Assembly (NCBI GenBank): GCA_049599475.1
Contig: JBMYOQ010000092.1
Span: forward strand, 1-15,432
Origin: Opitutales bacterium
GTDB lineage: Bacteria > Verrucomicrobiota > Verrucomicrobiia > Opitutales > JABSRG01
DNA length: 15,432 nucleotides
Direction: 5' to 3'
The notes under the pieces were generated by a model. The model ran no database searches. It saw nothing but the letters and a program-made list of their open reading frames with translations, and was not told the DNA's origin. A program made the position numbers and the translations under genes. This document shows positions 1-8,872 of the stretch, piece by piece (the first letter of the stretch is position 1; the number at the start of each line of letters is the position of its first letter).

Positions 1-51
1 GTAAACGCTTCTTAGACAACCTTAAGGCTCTTTAATTTTTAGAATCGGTAT
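1..51. repeat. Left copy of a perfect 51-bp terminal inverted repeat (probable IS/mobile-element end or contig-end repeat)
   Basis: gtaaacgcttcttagacaaccttaaggctctttaatttttagaatcggtat (1-51) is the exact reverse complement of 15381-15431. Identity stops abruptly further inward. The repeat supplies the last codons (IPILKIKEP*) of the helicase ORF. Confidence 0.95.
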
Positions 52-2205
52 TAGAGCTCGAAGAATACCCTCCAGATCAGCAGAAGGCCATACAACACTC
101 AGGTCTTTGAGCCATCGAATGGATTGTAAGATTGATAAAAATTGCGTCTTCTCAGCTCTCCATTCAGTAGAGAGTATTTCTTTTAGCCAGTCTTCATCTT
201 TCGAGAACTCAGCTCTCAAAGACTGCACGTTCAGAATCGAATCGATTATTTCAATACAAACCTCAGGACGCTTCTCAGGGCTCTTTATTAGAAAAGACGA
301 CAGTTCGGTGAATGCCTTCTTATATCCGCCAAATGTTCTGAAAAACCAAGAATCCTTAGCACGCATCATGGTCGCTTTCAGTCCGCTAAAGTCTTTCGCC
401 CACGCCTGCGGAGTCACTTCGAAAGGAATAGTGTTCAAAGCATCTGACCATTGCTTCCCTGCAGTGAGGCTTTCTTCAAGACGCGTCGAACCAATATGAG
501 AGAATATTAACTCCAGAATTTCTCCAGCGCCCTGTGGAGCCTCTATTAGTAGTTTTAGAGTATGGTGCAGTCTTTCAATATCATCGAGGTTTTTCGGGGC
601 TGAAGACCCTATTTGTTCCGCAACCTTCGTTACTCTCTCCATACTTTGAGGAATCGCATCAAGTGCGGTAGATATTTCTAATTCTAAGCGGGCGATATCT
701 GTCGGCTGGAGGCTGAGTGCAGTCGTTCCTTTGAAAGGATGTTGAGCAGAATTTACTATGCCTTCTGACGCATTCAAAAAAATGCCTAGATGATACTTTG
801 CGGCCGTGCGCTTATCGCTATTCAAACTCGCAAGTCGATCGGCGCTCAGCATCGGCGGTGGAGCGTCACTGCCAATAAAACCGATTAGACTCGATAGTGC
901 TGAAAATGGGCTTATTCCGCTCTCCCCCAAAGGCTCATGGAGTAGATCGCTAATCTCGTTTAATCGATCACGAACCGATTTTAATTCTGCAGTGTCTGAA
1001 AGAGCATGTGCCGCCGATTGTGCGGCACCAAGTGTGCGTCCCAGCTCTTGCGCAACGGCCTTCTTGTTCGCTGACCGAGAGTGGAGCTCGAGGCAGATAT
1101 CACGAAGCCCCGTTTTTACCAAACGGTCATGAACGACTTTGAGCGCGGCCATCTTTTCCGCAACAAACAGGACAGACTTACCGTCGTGAGCTGCCGCAGC
1201 GATGATGTTGGTGATAGTTTGCGATTTTCCTGTCCCAGGCGGACCCTGCACGACCATGCTTGCGCCGCGCCTTACCTCCTCGATCACCTTTGTTTGAGAA
1301 GAATCCGCATCGATTACTTGGATAATATCTGCAGGATCGAGTTTTTTATCTAGATTGTCATCCTCTCCGAAGAAGGGCTCCTGCTCAGGAAAGCCGGACA
1401 TCAACAAGCCATCGAGCAATGGGTTTTGCTCAAAATTGCCATCCGGCCAGTTCTCCGGATCAAGATCGCGGTGCATCAGGAGTTTCGCGAAGGAGAAAAA
1501 ACCCAGCTGCATCCCATCTCGATCAATTGACCAATTCGACTTCCCCTCTATCGCATGATCTACCTCATCGAAATAGACTGCAGGGTTCCATCCTTCAGTC
1601 TCTTCGATTTCGGGTAGCACGATCCCAAAGTCCTGCCGCATGCGCTCTTGAAGCGGCAGGTTGGTCGTAAGGTCATCGTCGCGACATGAAATGTCATAGG
1701 ATGATGTTTTCTTATTTCGAATGAGTTCGACTGGGAGAAGGATCAACGGCGCTTCGCGCTTTACTTCGGAAGACTCACTCTCTCTCCAGCTCAAAAAGCC
1801 CATTGCGAGGAACAGAATATTAACGCCTTGCTCCTCCTCTGCGATCTTTGCATTACCGGCGACCTTAAGTAGGCGCCGAATCAGGGCCTCTGGCCCGAGA
1901 GCAGTCTCAATAAATGCATCAGTAAGCCGCTCGGAATCATCTGGCAGGACCATCTCTGGCGACGACAACTGTATGTCCTCATCCGCATTTTGATCCACTC
2001 CGAGTGCTTTGAAGCGCATCCGTTTTCCCTTTACGCGCAAAATAGAATAAATCTCATTCGAGCGCTCGTTAATCACATTAATGCAATTGGCTCGCGCATT
2101 CGCACGATTCACATGAACCAATTTATTGCGCGTGCCTGTATCCAAAAGTTTACGACGCGAGGCCTCGAGAACTTTAGTTATAGCTTGTTTTTGGTCGTGA
2201 GACAT
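22..2205 (-). pseudogene. DUF4011-containing superfamily 1 (UPF1/DNA2-like) helicase, Hhe-like defence protein; N-terminal part only, interrupted at about position 52 by the terminal repeat
   Basis: The N-terminus resembles DUF4011 (RRKLLDTGTRNKL...EEEQGVNILFLAMGFLSW...APLILLPVEL). It is followed by GFFSFAKLLMHRDL, DADSSQ, Walker A QGPPGTGKSQTITNIIA, VLFVAEKMAAL and CLELHS. No Walker B (DEASQ-type), second RecA domain or Vsr-like domain appears before the stop, which lies inside the repeat. Confidence 0.8.
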
Positions 2206-2239
2206 GTCGAATTACCAGTGGTGTCTTTTATATGAACGC

Positions 2240-4513
2240 CTAAACTTTTTCCGTTTCCTCTTTGCCGAGCTCTTTTAAGCCTCGTCGAATATGTTCGATT
2301 AACACAGAGTGTTCCTCAGCGAGGTTTTCCAATTTCTCTGCTTCCTGCACAACGCTCTCCCAGAAATCCCGCGATGCAAACTCCGATAGTCTATTAACAA
2401 AGGGTAAGCTCGCTTCTTCTTGCAAACTAGATGGCTGAGAAAGGTCTGCCATGAAGTCGATCCGAAGCCCTAGTGCTATCGCCTTTAGAATATCCAACCT
2501 GCTGTCCACACCAATGGCTTCCGAATCGCTAAGCAATGCCTCAAAGCGTGCAGGGCCGACTGCGTATAGAAGGCGAAAGACTTCACCGTTATTTCCACGC
2601 AATAGTGGAAACGTTTTGTGCTTGAAGCTGGCCGATGCTTTTTCGATTAACAGATCACTTAGCTGGTTAATCTGACCTTCCTCAAAAACCGGGATAAGAG
2701 CATCAGGATGAAATTGATGCTTCGAATATCTAAAACCTGAATTGTCGCGAATATCGCCGAGCAATTGTGCGACTAGGGTTACTGATTCGGCTTCGGCAAG
2801 TAGATTCACGAGAAACTGAAATTGTGTTTCAGTATCGGGTAACTCAGTTGATAGATGCTTCCATATTTTATACGCTTGGTAGAATTCGCTCACGTAACTA
2901 ACGCCCATGTCATTGTTAAGGGAGTCTGAAATATTGCTTAGTGAGATTAACCAAATCTGGATATTGGGTAATACGTCTGATAGATTACTTTCAGCAAGAA
3001 GGTGCTCGAAGAGTAGTTTTCTTCTCTTTTGAGCCAAACCAAGAAGTTGTGACTGTAGCTTAACCTGATCTGTCTCATGAACAATCACGCTATATGTCGC
3101 ACGACTCAACAGCCCTTCATCTAGTGTTATGCTGAAATATAGTGGAAAGTAGGTCGGGTCGTGAATTGGTCTTTCAGAGGCGTTGAGCGTGGTCTTTTTT
3201 TGCTGAGAGGACAAACTGATGTGCTCGCCACACCATTTCTGAACAGAGCTGTGAAATTTAGGAAAGAGATGGGATAGCACATGAAAAGCGCCAACCTTCC
3301 CAAGTTCCGAATTTTCAATAATTCCCAATGCTACGAGATTGTCCTCATCCTGCCCACTTGTCTGGACGCCACTAAATTGAAAACCGTGAACAAGCAAAGA
3401 AATGTTATTAATGACTCCTTTGTAAGTTTCAGGAGAATACAGTCTGAGGTATTCTATTGATAATAAATCTAAAAGATCTACTTCCAAAGTCTCGCTTTCG
3501 CTTAGAGCCGAGCAAGTGAACTCGACTGTTGTAAGAAGTCGGTGAATGACTCGCAGATTATCGAGTTTAATCTTTAGGTAGTCTTTCCACATTTCCCGAT
3601 ATCGCGCTGTGGTTTCCTCACCGCTCAATCGATATCCATATGCACCTGCAATAAGGTCGAGCCCTTGAACTAATCGATTACTCAAGAATTCAGAGTCTGC
3701 AGCTGGCATATGAATCGGTATTTGAATAATCTTCTCTAAATAACGCTCGCCTTGATTATGCGCTACAGGGTCGAGTGCCTTTGCCAGTTGTCCTCTTTCT
3801 CCTAAAACTAAAAAATGAATATTGGGTATGTTTACCGTCGTCTTAAGTAGACGGAAAATCATCTGAATCTGCGAATCGGGCAAGCGATCTAGGTCGTCTA
3901 AAGTGACTAAAATTTTTGGAGAGTCTACTTTTTTGAATTCATTGATCAATTGATTCCTGATATCAGGTAATGTTTGGGTGGGTTTTTTGAAAAAAAGTTT
4001 CTTCCTTGCCGCTATCTCGCCCGTCTTCATTAGCTGTTCGATGGATCCGATTATTGGGCTAGCTGCGAGGAGGGCTGGATTGGCAATACCAGCAGCCGTT
4101 GTCCCAATTTTCGCGACTGATGCCATCGCACCCAGGGTAGCCCAGAGTTTCGCCCGGTTTTCATGGTTTCCCTTAGTGTCTAAAGATAGCTTTTTGGAAA
4201 CAGCTGCGAAGAATTCAGAGGTTATTTGCTCATCACTTTCAAATTGCCATGGGTTGAACTTGCACACCAAAAAACCATTCTCTGATTCAAGCTTCTCAGC
4301 TATTTGATTGAGCAGCCACGTTTTTCCCGTTCCCCAATCGCCAAACAGCGCTACAATAAGGCTTTCATTCTTCCTCCAGTTAAGGAGGGCTTGGGCTAAA
4401 TTTCCTGCGAAGGCGCTACGTAATAATGTATCTGGGGCAGCAGAGGGGTCATCCCATACACTGAGAGTAGAAGCGAAATCGCGGTCCTGTAATTCTTCCG
4501 GTGCTGAATTCAT
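2240..4513 (-). CDS. KAP-family P-loop NTPase with a long uncharacterised C-terminal region
   Basis: Walker A ALFGDWGTGKT, KAP signature FNPWQF, Walker B VTLDDLDRL and YLEKIIQIPIHMP. ATG at 4513 is preferred over GTG at 4519 because a GAGGGAG Shine-Dalgarno-like sequence (4519-4525) lies just upstream. Confidence 0.88.
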   Translation of the reverse strand: MNSAPEELQDRDFASTLSVWDDPSAAPDTLLRSAFAGNLAQALLNWRKNESLIVALFGDWGTGKTWLLNQIAEKLESENGFLVCKFNPWQFESDEQITSEFFAAVSKKLSLDTKGNHENRAKLWATLGAMASVAKIGTTAAGIANPALLAASPIIGSIEQLMKTGEIAARKKLFFKKPTQTLPDIRNQLINEFKKVDSPKILVTLDDLDRLPDSQIQMIFRLLKTTVNIPNIHFLVLGERGQLAKALDPVAHNQGERYLEKIIQIPIHMPAADSEFLSNRLVQGLDLIAGAYGYRLSGEETTARYREMWKDYLKIKLDNLRVIHRLLTTVEFTCSALSESETLEVDLLDLLSIEYLRLYSPETYKGVINNISLLVHGFQFSGVQTSGQDEDNLVALGIIENSELGKVGAFHVLSHLFPKFHSSVQKWCGEHISLSSQQKKTTLNASERPIHDPTYFPLYFSITLDEGLLSRATYSVIVHETDQVKLQSQLLGLAQKRRKLLFEHLLAESNLSDVLPNIQIWLISLSNISDSLNNDMGVSYVSEFYQAYKIWKHLSTELPDTETQFQFLVNLLAEAESVTLVAQLLGDIRDNSGFRYSKHQFHPDALIPVFEEGQINQLSDLLIEKASASFKHKTFPLLRGNNGEVFRLLYAVGPARFEALLSDSEAIGVDSRLDILKAIALGLRIDFMADLSQPSSLQEEASLPFVNRLSEFASRDFWESVVQEAEKLENLAEEHSVLIEHIRRGLKELGKEETEKV

Positions 4514-4523
4514 AATCACTCCC

Positions 4524-7500
4524 TCACACCGCGATTCGCGGCTCGTCTACCATGCGTTTCATTGTTTGGAAGAAGGCTGTTTTGAAGGCTTCGTCTTTGG
4601 CGTAGAGTTTGTAGAGCTCTAGCTCTTGGCGGCGTTGGTTGGACATGACGTCTTCGAGGATCTTGTGGAGTGCGATGTCCCGTGTTTGGGGGTCCGTGTT
4701 TTGGGCTACCTTTTTGTCGAAGTCGGGGTGGCTTTGGATGTGACGGCTGAGGGTGATGAACTTTACGCGTTGGTCCTCGGGTGTGGCGTCCCAGCCCTGG
4801 AAGTAGCGTTCGTTGAAGGTTTTGATGATTTCCTCCAGCTCGTCTTTCTCTTCCTCTCCACCATGGGCTCCGCGTGGATTTGCGTTGGGTGGGTCGAGTT
4901 CGGTTTCGCTGTCGTCGAGCCCGATTGCCTTGTTGATCGCTGTTCTTTCCAGGCCGTAGGTGGAGAGATCTACCGACTCCAAGAGCTCGTCCAAGACATC
5001 GCCTCCGGACTCCTTGACGACAAGTTTGGGGATCAGGAACTTTAAAAACCAAAAGAGTTTCTCCCATTTGAGCATCGGGTATTCGATGATGGAAGACACC
5101 TGCGCATAGATTTTGACGAACTGCTTGGCCTTTATTTTGAAGTCGGCTTTTTCTTCGTCTTCGAGCTCGAGATCTCGATTGAAGCGTTCCGCAGGAATGT
5201 CGAGCAGCGCGCTGAGTGCGTCGCCTTCTACACCTTCGAAGTATTTCAAGGTGAAGGTATCTACCTCGGCTTGCTCGTAGACTCCGACTACGTCCATCGA
5301 GTCCTTGAGCTCGTGGAGGACGTTTACGTCCGTGGGCTCTTTGAGTGTCGTGGAGGTGTAAAAGGGATCAAAGGCCTTTTTGATGTCTTCGATCTCGTTG
5401 AAGAAGTCTAAGATAAAGAGGTCCTCAGTTTTCTTGCCGAGTTTTGTATTTGAACGATTGAGACGCGATAAAGCCTGCACTGCCAGCACGCCTTGCAGCT
5501 TTTTGTCCACATACATGGTACACAGTTTTGGCTCATCAAACCCCGTCAGGTATTTATTGGCTACGACAAGTAGGCGGTAAGCATCTTCGCCGAATTTTTC
5601 GCGGGTCTTACCCTCGGCGAAGCCGTTGATTGAGGCTTCGGTATATTCGACGCCGTCCACTTTCTTCTTCCCCGAGAAAGCGATCGCTATTTTGAACGGG
5701 TTCCCGCGCTCGGCCATCATCTTATTGAGCGCCTTATAATAGCGGATCGCAGATTCGATACTCTGCGTCACTACCATGCCCTTGGCTTTGCCTCGTAGTT
5801 TTTTCTTGTTGAAAACCTGCGCGATGAAGTGATCCAGCATCACTTCCGCTTTGGTGCTGATGGTGCGCTTGTCGCGCTCGACAAAGGCTTTGAGCTTCTT
5901 CTGCGCTTTCGCTTTATCAAACTCGGGGTTCTCCTGAACGGATTTCTCGATCTCGTAGTAGCTCTTGTAAGTGGTATAGTTGGCCAATACATCGAGGATA
6001 AAGCCTTCCTCGATGGCCTGCTTCATGGAGTAGAGGTGGAAGGGCTTGAAGCTGCCGTCATCCTGCCTCGTGCCGAAGCGCTCGAGGGTGCTGTTCTTGG
6101 GCGTGGCTGTGAATGCTAAGTAAGAGGCGTTGCCCTTCATCTTACGGGCCTCCATGGCCTTGAGGATCTTGGCCTGCGTATCGTCGTCCTCCTCGCTCTC
6201 CTCGGACTCCCCGGTCCCCATGGCCTGATTCATCTTGCCGGCGGAAGAGCCGCTCTGTGAGCTGTGGGCCTCGTCGATGATGACTGCGAAGCGCTTCTCG
6301 CTGAGATCCGCGATCCCATCCACGATGAAGGGGAACTTCTGGATCGTGGTGATGATAATGCGTTTACCTGCTTCGAGGCTTTCCTTGAGCTCCCGCGAGG
6401 AAAGCGCCGGAGCCACGATATTCTTCACTTCAGAGAACTCCTTGATGTTGTCCCGCAGCTGCTTGTCGAGCAGGCGGCGATCCGTCACCACGATCACCGA
6501 GTCAAAGAGCGGATTGCTCACGCCCTTGGAGCCGGGAAGATCCTCCGCCATGGGATAGGTCTCGATAAGTTGATAGGCTGCCCATGTGATGGAGTTGGAC
6601 TTGCCCGAGCCTGCCGAGTGCTGGATGAGGTAGGTGTGGCCGACTCCGTGATACCCTGCGTGGTGTATGAGTTTTCTGACTACATCGAGCTGATGGTAGC
6701 GTGGAAAAAACAGGGTGCGCGTGTTCAGGGCGTCGTTGGCCTTCCCGTCGAAACGGACAAAGTGCTGGATGATGTTTGCGAGGCTTTGCTTGGTAAAGAC
6801 CTCTTCCCAGAGGTAAGCGCTCTTGTGTCCAAATGGATTTGGCGGGTTGCCCTTGCCGCTATTGTGGCCCTTGTTGAAGGGGAGGAAAAAAGTCTTAGCT
6901 CGGTCGAGCTTCGTCGTCATGTAGACCTCTTCGGTATCTACCGCGAAGTGGACGAGGCAGCGGCCAAATTGTAAGAGCGGTTGCGTGGGGTCGCGGTCGG
7001 CTTTGTATTGCTTGATGCCATGCACCTTGGCGCATTGGCCTGTCCACGCATTCTTCAGCTCTAGCGTGGCAATTGGCAGACCGTTGATAAAGACCACCAT
7101 ATCGATCTCTTCCCGCTGGTTCTCGGTATTATATCTTACTTGGCGCGCGATGCTGAATTCATTCTTGTGGAAATTTTCTCGGATCGCTTTGCCGCTGCTT
7201 GCGAGGGGTAGCGGATAAAGCATGGTGAAGTGGGCATCCTCGACTTCCAGCCCCTTCCGCAGAATGCGTAGCAGGCCAAACTTCTTCACCATGCGATCAA
7301 AGCGTTGGAGAATCTTGAGCTTCCAGTCCGCGCTCCGCTGCAGCTTCTCCAGCTCCTCCTTCTGCGTGTTTTCTAGGAAACTCCAAAAACGTACAGGATC
7401 AATGGCGTGCGTAGGATCAAAATCATCCGCGAAGCCCATGAAGAAAAGCTTCTTACTTTGATAGACGGCCTCGCGCTCTTGGACATGCTTGCCCTCAGTT

Positions 7501-7577
7501 CGCTCTTCAAGACAGGTGCCTGTCAAGGCCTTCTCGATTGCCGCTTCGAGGGCTTGTTCATTTGTTTTGGAGACCAT
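4524..7577 (-). CDS. hsdR: Type I restriction-modification restriction subunit R
   Basis: 1017 aa. N-terminal nuclease motif EIDMVVFINGLPIATLELKN; helicase motifs QHSAGSGKS, VVTDRRLLDKQL, TTIQKF, IIDEAHSSQ, AFTATPK, KYLTGFDEP and VQALSRLNR. Lies in the same operon as hsdM and hsdS. Confidence 0.96.
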   Translation of the reverse strand: MVSKTNEQALEAAIEKALTGTCLEERTEGKHVQEREAVYQSKKLFFMGFADDFDPTHAIDPVRFWSFLENTQKEELEKLQRSADWKLKILQRFDRMVKKFGLLRILRKGLEVEDAHFTMLYPLPLASSGKAIRENFHKNEFSIARQVRYNTENQREEIDMVVFINGLPIATLELKNAWTGQCAKVHGIKQYKADRDPTQPLLQFGRCLVHFAVDTEEVYMTTKLDRAKTFFLPFNKGHNSGKGNPPNPFGHKSAYLWEEVFTKQSLANIIQHFVRFDGKANDALNTRTLFFPRYHQLDVVRKLIHHAGYHGVGHTYLIQHSAGSGKSNSITWAAYQLIETYPMAEDLPGSKGVSNPLFDSVIVVTDRRLLDKQLRDNIKEFSEVKNIVAPALSSRELKESLEAGKRIIITTIQKFPFIVDGIADLSEKRFAVIIDEAHSSQSGSSAGKMNQAMGTGESEESEEDDDTQAKILKAMEARKMKGNASYLAFTATPKNSTLERFGTRQDDGSFKPFHLYSMKQAIEEGFILDVLANYTTYKSYYEIEKSVQENPEFDKAKAQKKLKAFVERDKRTISTKAEVMLDHFIAQVFNKKKLRGKAKGMVVTQSIESAIRYYKALNKMMAERGNPFKIAIAFSGKKKVDGVEYTEASINGFAEGKTREKFGEDAYRLLVVANKYLTGFDEPKLCTMYVDKKLQGVLAVQALSRLNRSNTKLGKKTEDLFILDFFNEIEDIKKAFDPFYTSTTLKEPTDVNVLHELKDSMDVVGVYEQAEVDTFTLKYFEGVEGDALSALLDIPAERFNRDLELEDEEKADFKIKAKQFVKIYAQVSSIIEYPMLKWEKLFWFLKFLIPKLVVKESGGDVLDELLESVDLSTYGLERTAINKAIGLDDSETELDPPNANPRGAHGGEEEKDELEEIIKTFNERYFQGWDATPEDQRVKFITLSRHIQSHPDFDKKVAQNTDPQTRDIALHKILEDVMSNQRRQELELYKLYAKDEAFKTAFFQTMKRMVDEPRIAV

Positions 7578-7582
7578 GGGTT

Positions 7583-7617
7583 AGAATGTTGAATTGTGAA
7601 GTTTTGAACGGTGAATG
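7583..7617. repeat. Degenerate ~7-nt tandem repeat (GAA-cored, 5 units) immediately upstream of hsdR
   Basis: agaatgt-tgaattg-tgaagtt-ttgaacgg-tgaatg; GAA cores at 7584, 7591, 7598, 7606 and 7613 (spacing 7,7,8,7). Confidence 0.5.
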
Positions 7618-7757
7618 CTTGGGGTTCTGCAGACTGGGCGGCGATGTCCCATAGCGCCTCATTAGCTTCCCTTATTTAGAGCAGAGCGGTGATTTTTCGT
7701 GTAAGTTGTTGGTGTTAAAAGATTAATGCGTTTCCCTTATCTTTGGATAGCTTTCCC

Positions 7758-8810
7758 TTAATCGGAATCTGTTGCGCGCTTCTTCTTGGCTTGTTCGAGG
7801 TGTTTAAGGGTTTTATCAAAGTCGGACTCGATCTTTTGGATCTTGTTGAATTTGTCGTATTCTTCGGAGGCCTTGGTATTCGCGAGGCTGCGTGTGATGG
7901 ATCCGTAGCCGTCGAGGACCTTGTATTCGTTGAAAGCGAGGAATTTGTTCACGCTTTCGGCGAAGCCCTGCATGGTAAATTCCTGCCGCCGCTCGATGAT
8001 GCCCTCGATGTAGTCGAAGAAGCTGGAAATGGTACGTTCGAGTTTCTTGATCTCGCCCTCGCTCAAGTAGTTTTTGCCGACGGTTGCGTCTGACTTGAGC
8101 ACGCGCCCATCCGGAGCGTTTTGGTAGGTTTTGAGGCCCATGAACGGTTTTGAGGCATCGGCTTTTTCGTAGACGATTTCGGCTGAGGTCTGGCCCGTTA
8201 TCGCGAAGTGAAACTTATCCTGCACGTGGGCGTAGAAGTCGCGAGTGGTCGTCGATTTTGGGTCGTAGTCGATGCTACACTCGGCGAAAATATCGGTAAT
8301 TTGCTGGTAAATGCGGCGCTCGCTGGCGCGGATCGAGCGAACACGTTCCAGAAGCTCGCGGAAGTAGTCCTTGCCGAAGAAGCGCCCATTCTTCAGGCGC
8401 TCATCGTCCATGATGTAGCCTTTTACGATGAACTCGTGCAGTAGCTTCGTCGCCCAAATACGAAATTGAGTGGCCTGTGCTGAATTGACGCGATAGCCCA
8501 CCGAGATGACTGCATCGAGGTTGTAGTATTTGACTTTTTGGACCTGCGTTTTGCCCGCGACGGCGCCGTGTTGAGTGGGTTGTTCCAAAATGGAACAGAC
8601 CACTTTTTCCTCTAGTTCACCGGATTCGAAAATGTTCTTCAGGTGTTTTGTGATCGCAGGGCGCTGCACGCCGAATAAGTCGGCCATACGTTGCTGTGTC
8701 AGCCATAGGGTTTCGCCGTTTAGAAGTACCTCGACCTTCACTTCGCCATTGGGAGCGGTGTAGAGAAGGAAATCGGTATTCTCGTCGGAAATGCTAAGCT
8801 TCTTTTTCAT
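7758..8810 (-). CDS. rhuM: RhuM-family protein (virulence RhuM family / putative DNA-binding)
   Basis: Family-typical segments ETLWLTQQRMADLFG, ITKHLKNIFESGEL, YYNLDAVISVGYRVNSAQATQFRIWAT, DYFRELLERVRSIRASERRIYQQITDIFA and VQDKFHFAITGQTSAEIV. ATG at 8810 is preferred; the alternative TTG at 8816 overlaps the mini-ORF stop. Confidence 0.88.
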   Translation of the reverse strand: MKKKLSISDENTDFLLYTAPNGEVKVEVLLNGETLWLTQQRMADLFGVQRPAITKHLKNIFESGELEEKVVCSILEQPTQHGAVAGKTQVQKVKYYNLDAVISVGYRVNSAQATQFRIWATKLLHEFIVKGYIMDDERLKNGRFFGKDYFRELLERVRSIRASERRIYQQITDIFAECSIDYDPKSTTTRDFYAHVQDKFHFAITGQTSAEIVYEKADASKPFMGLKTYQNAPDGRVLKSDATVGKNYLSEGEIKKLERTISSFFDYIEGIIERRQEFTMQGFAESVNKFLAFNEYKVLDGYGSITRSLANTKASEEYDKFNKIQKIESDFDKTLKHLEQAKKKRATDSD

Positions 8811-8812
8811 CG

Positions 8813-8872
8813 TCAAAAGAGCGCTTTCCCAATTGCCGCTTCGAGGGCTTGCTCGTTTATTTTAGAGACCAT
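8813..8872 (-). pseudogene. 19-codon hsdR N-terminal remnant / mini-ORF (MVSKINEQALEAAIGKALF*)
   Basis: Diverged direct repeat of the hsdR 5' end (MVSKTNEQALEAAIEKALT); 43/51 nt identical over the first 17 codons. Its ATG (8872) lies inside the end of hsdS (stop 8862-8864), and its TGA (8813-8815) is 2 nt before the rhuM ATG. Confidence 0.85.

Noticed and set aside
1..51. Assigning the terminal repeat to a specific IS family (IS66 GTAA end, IS4 TAAT end, IS630 TA target)
   Set aside because: No transposase or target duplication is visible, and the bases at the two inner junctions differ (no shared TA), so the family cannot be determined.
7578..7757. CRISPR array, ncRNA, att site or intrinsic terminator in the rhuM-hsdR spacer
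   Set aside because: The repeats are only 7-8 nt and irregularly spaced, no strong hairpin with a U-tract is seen, and there is no integrase in the window.
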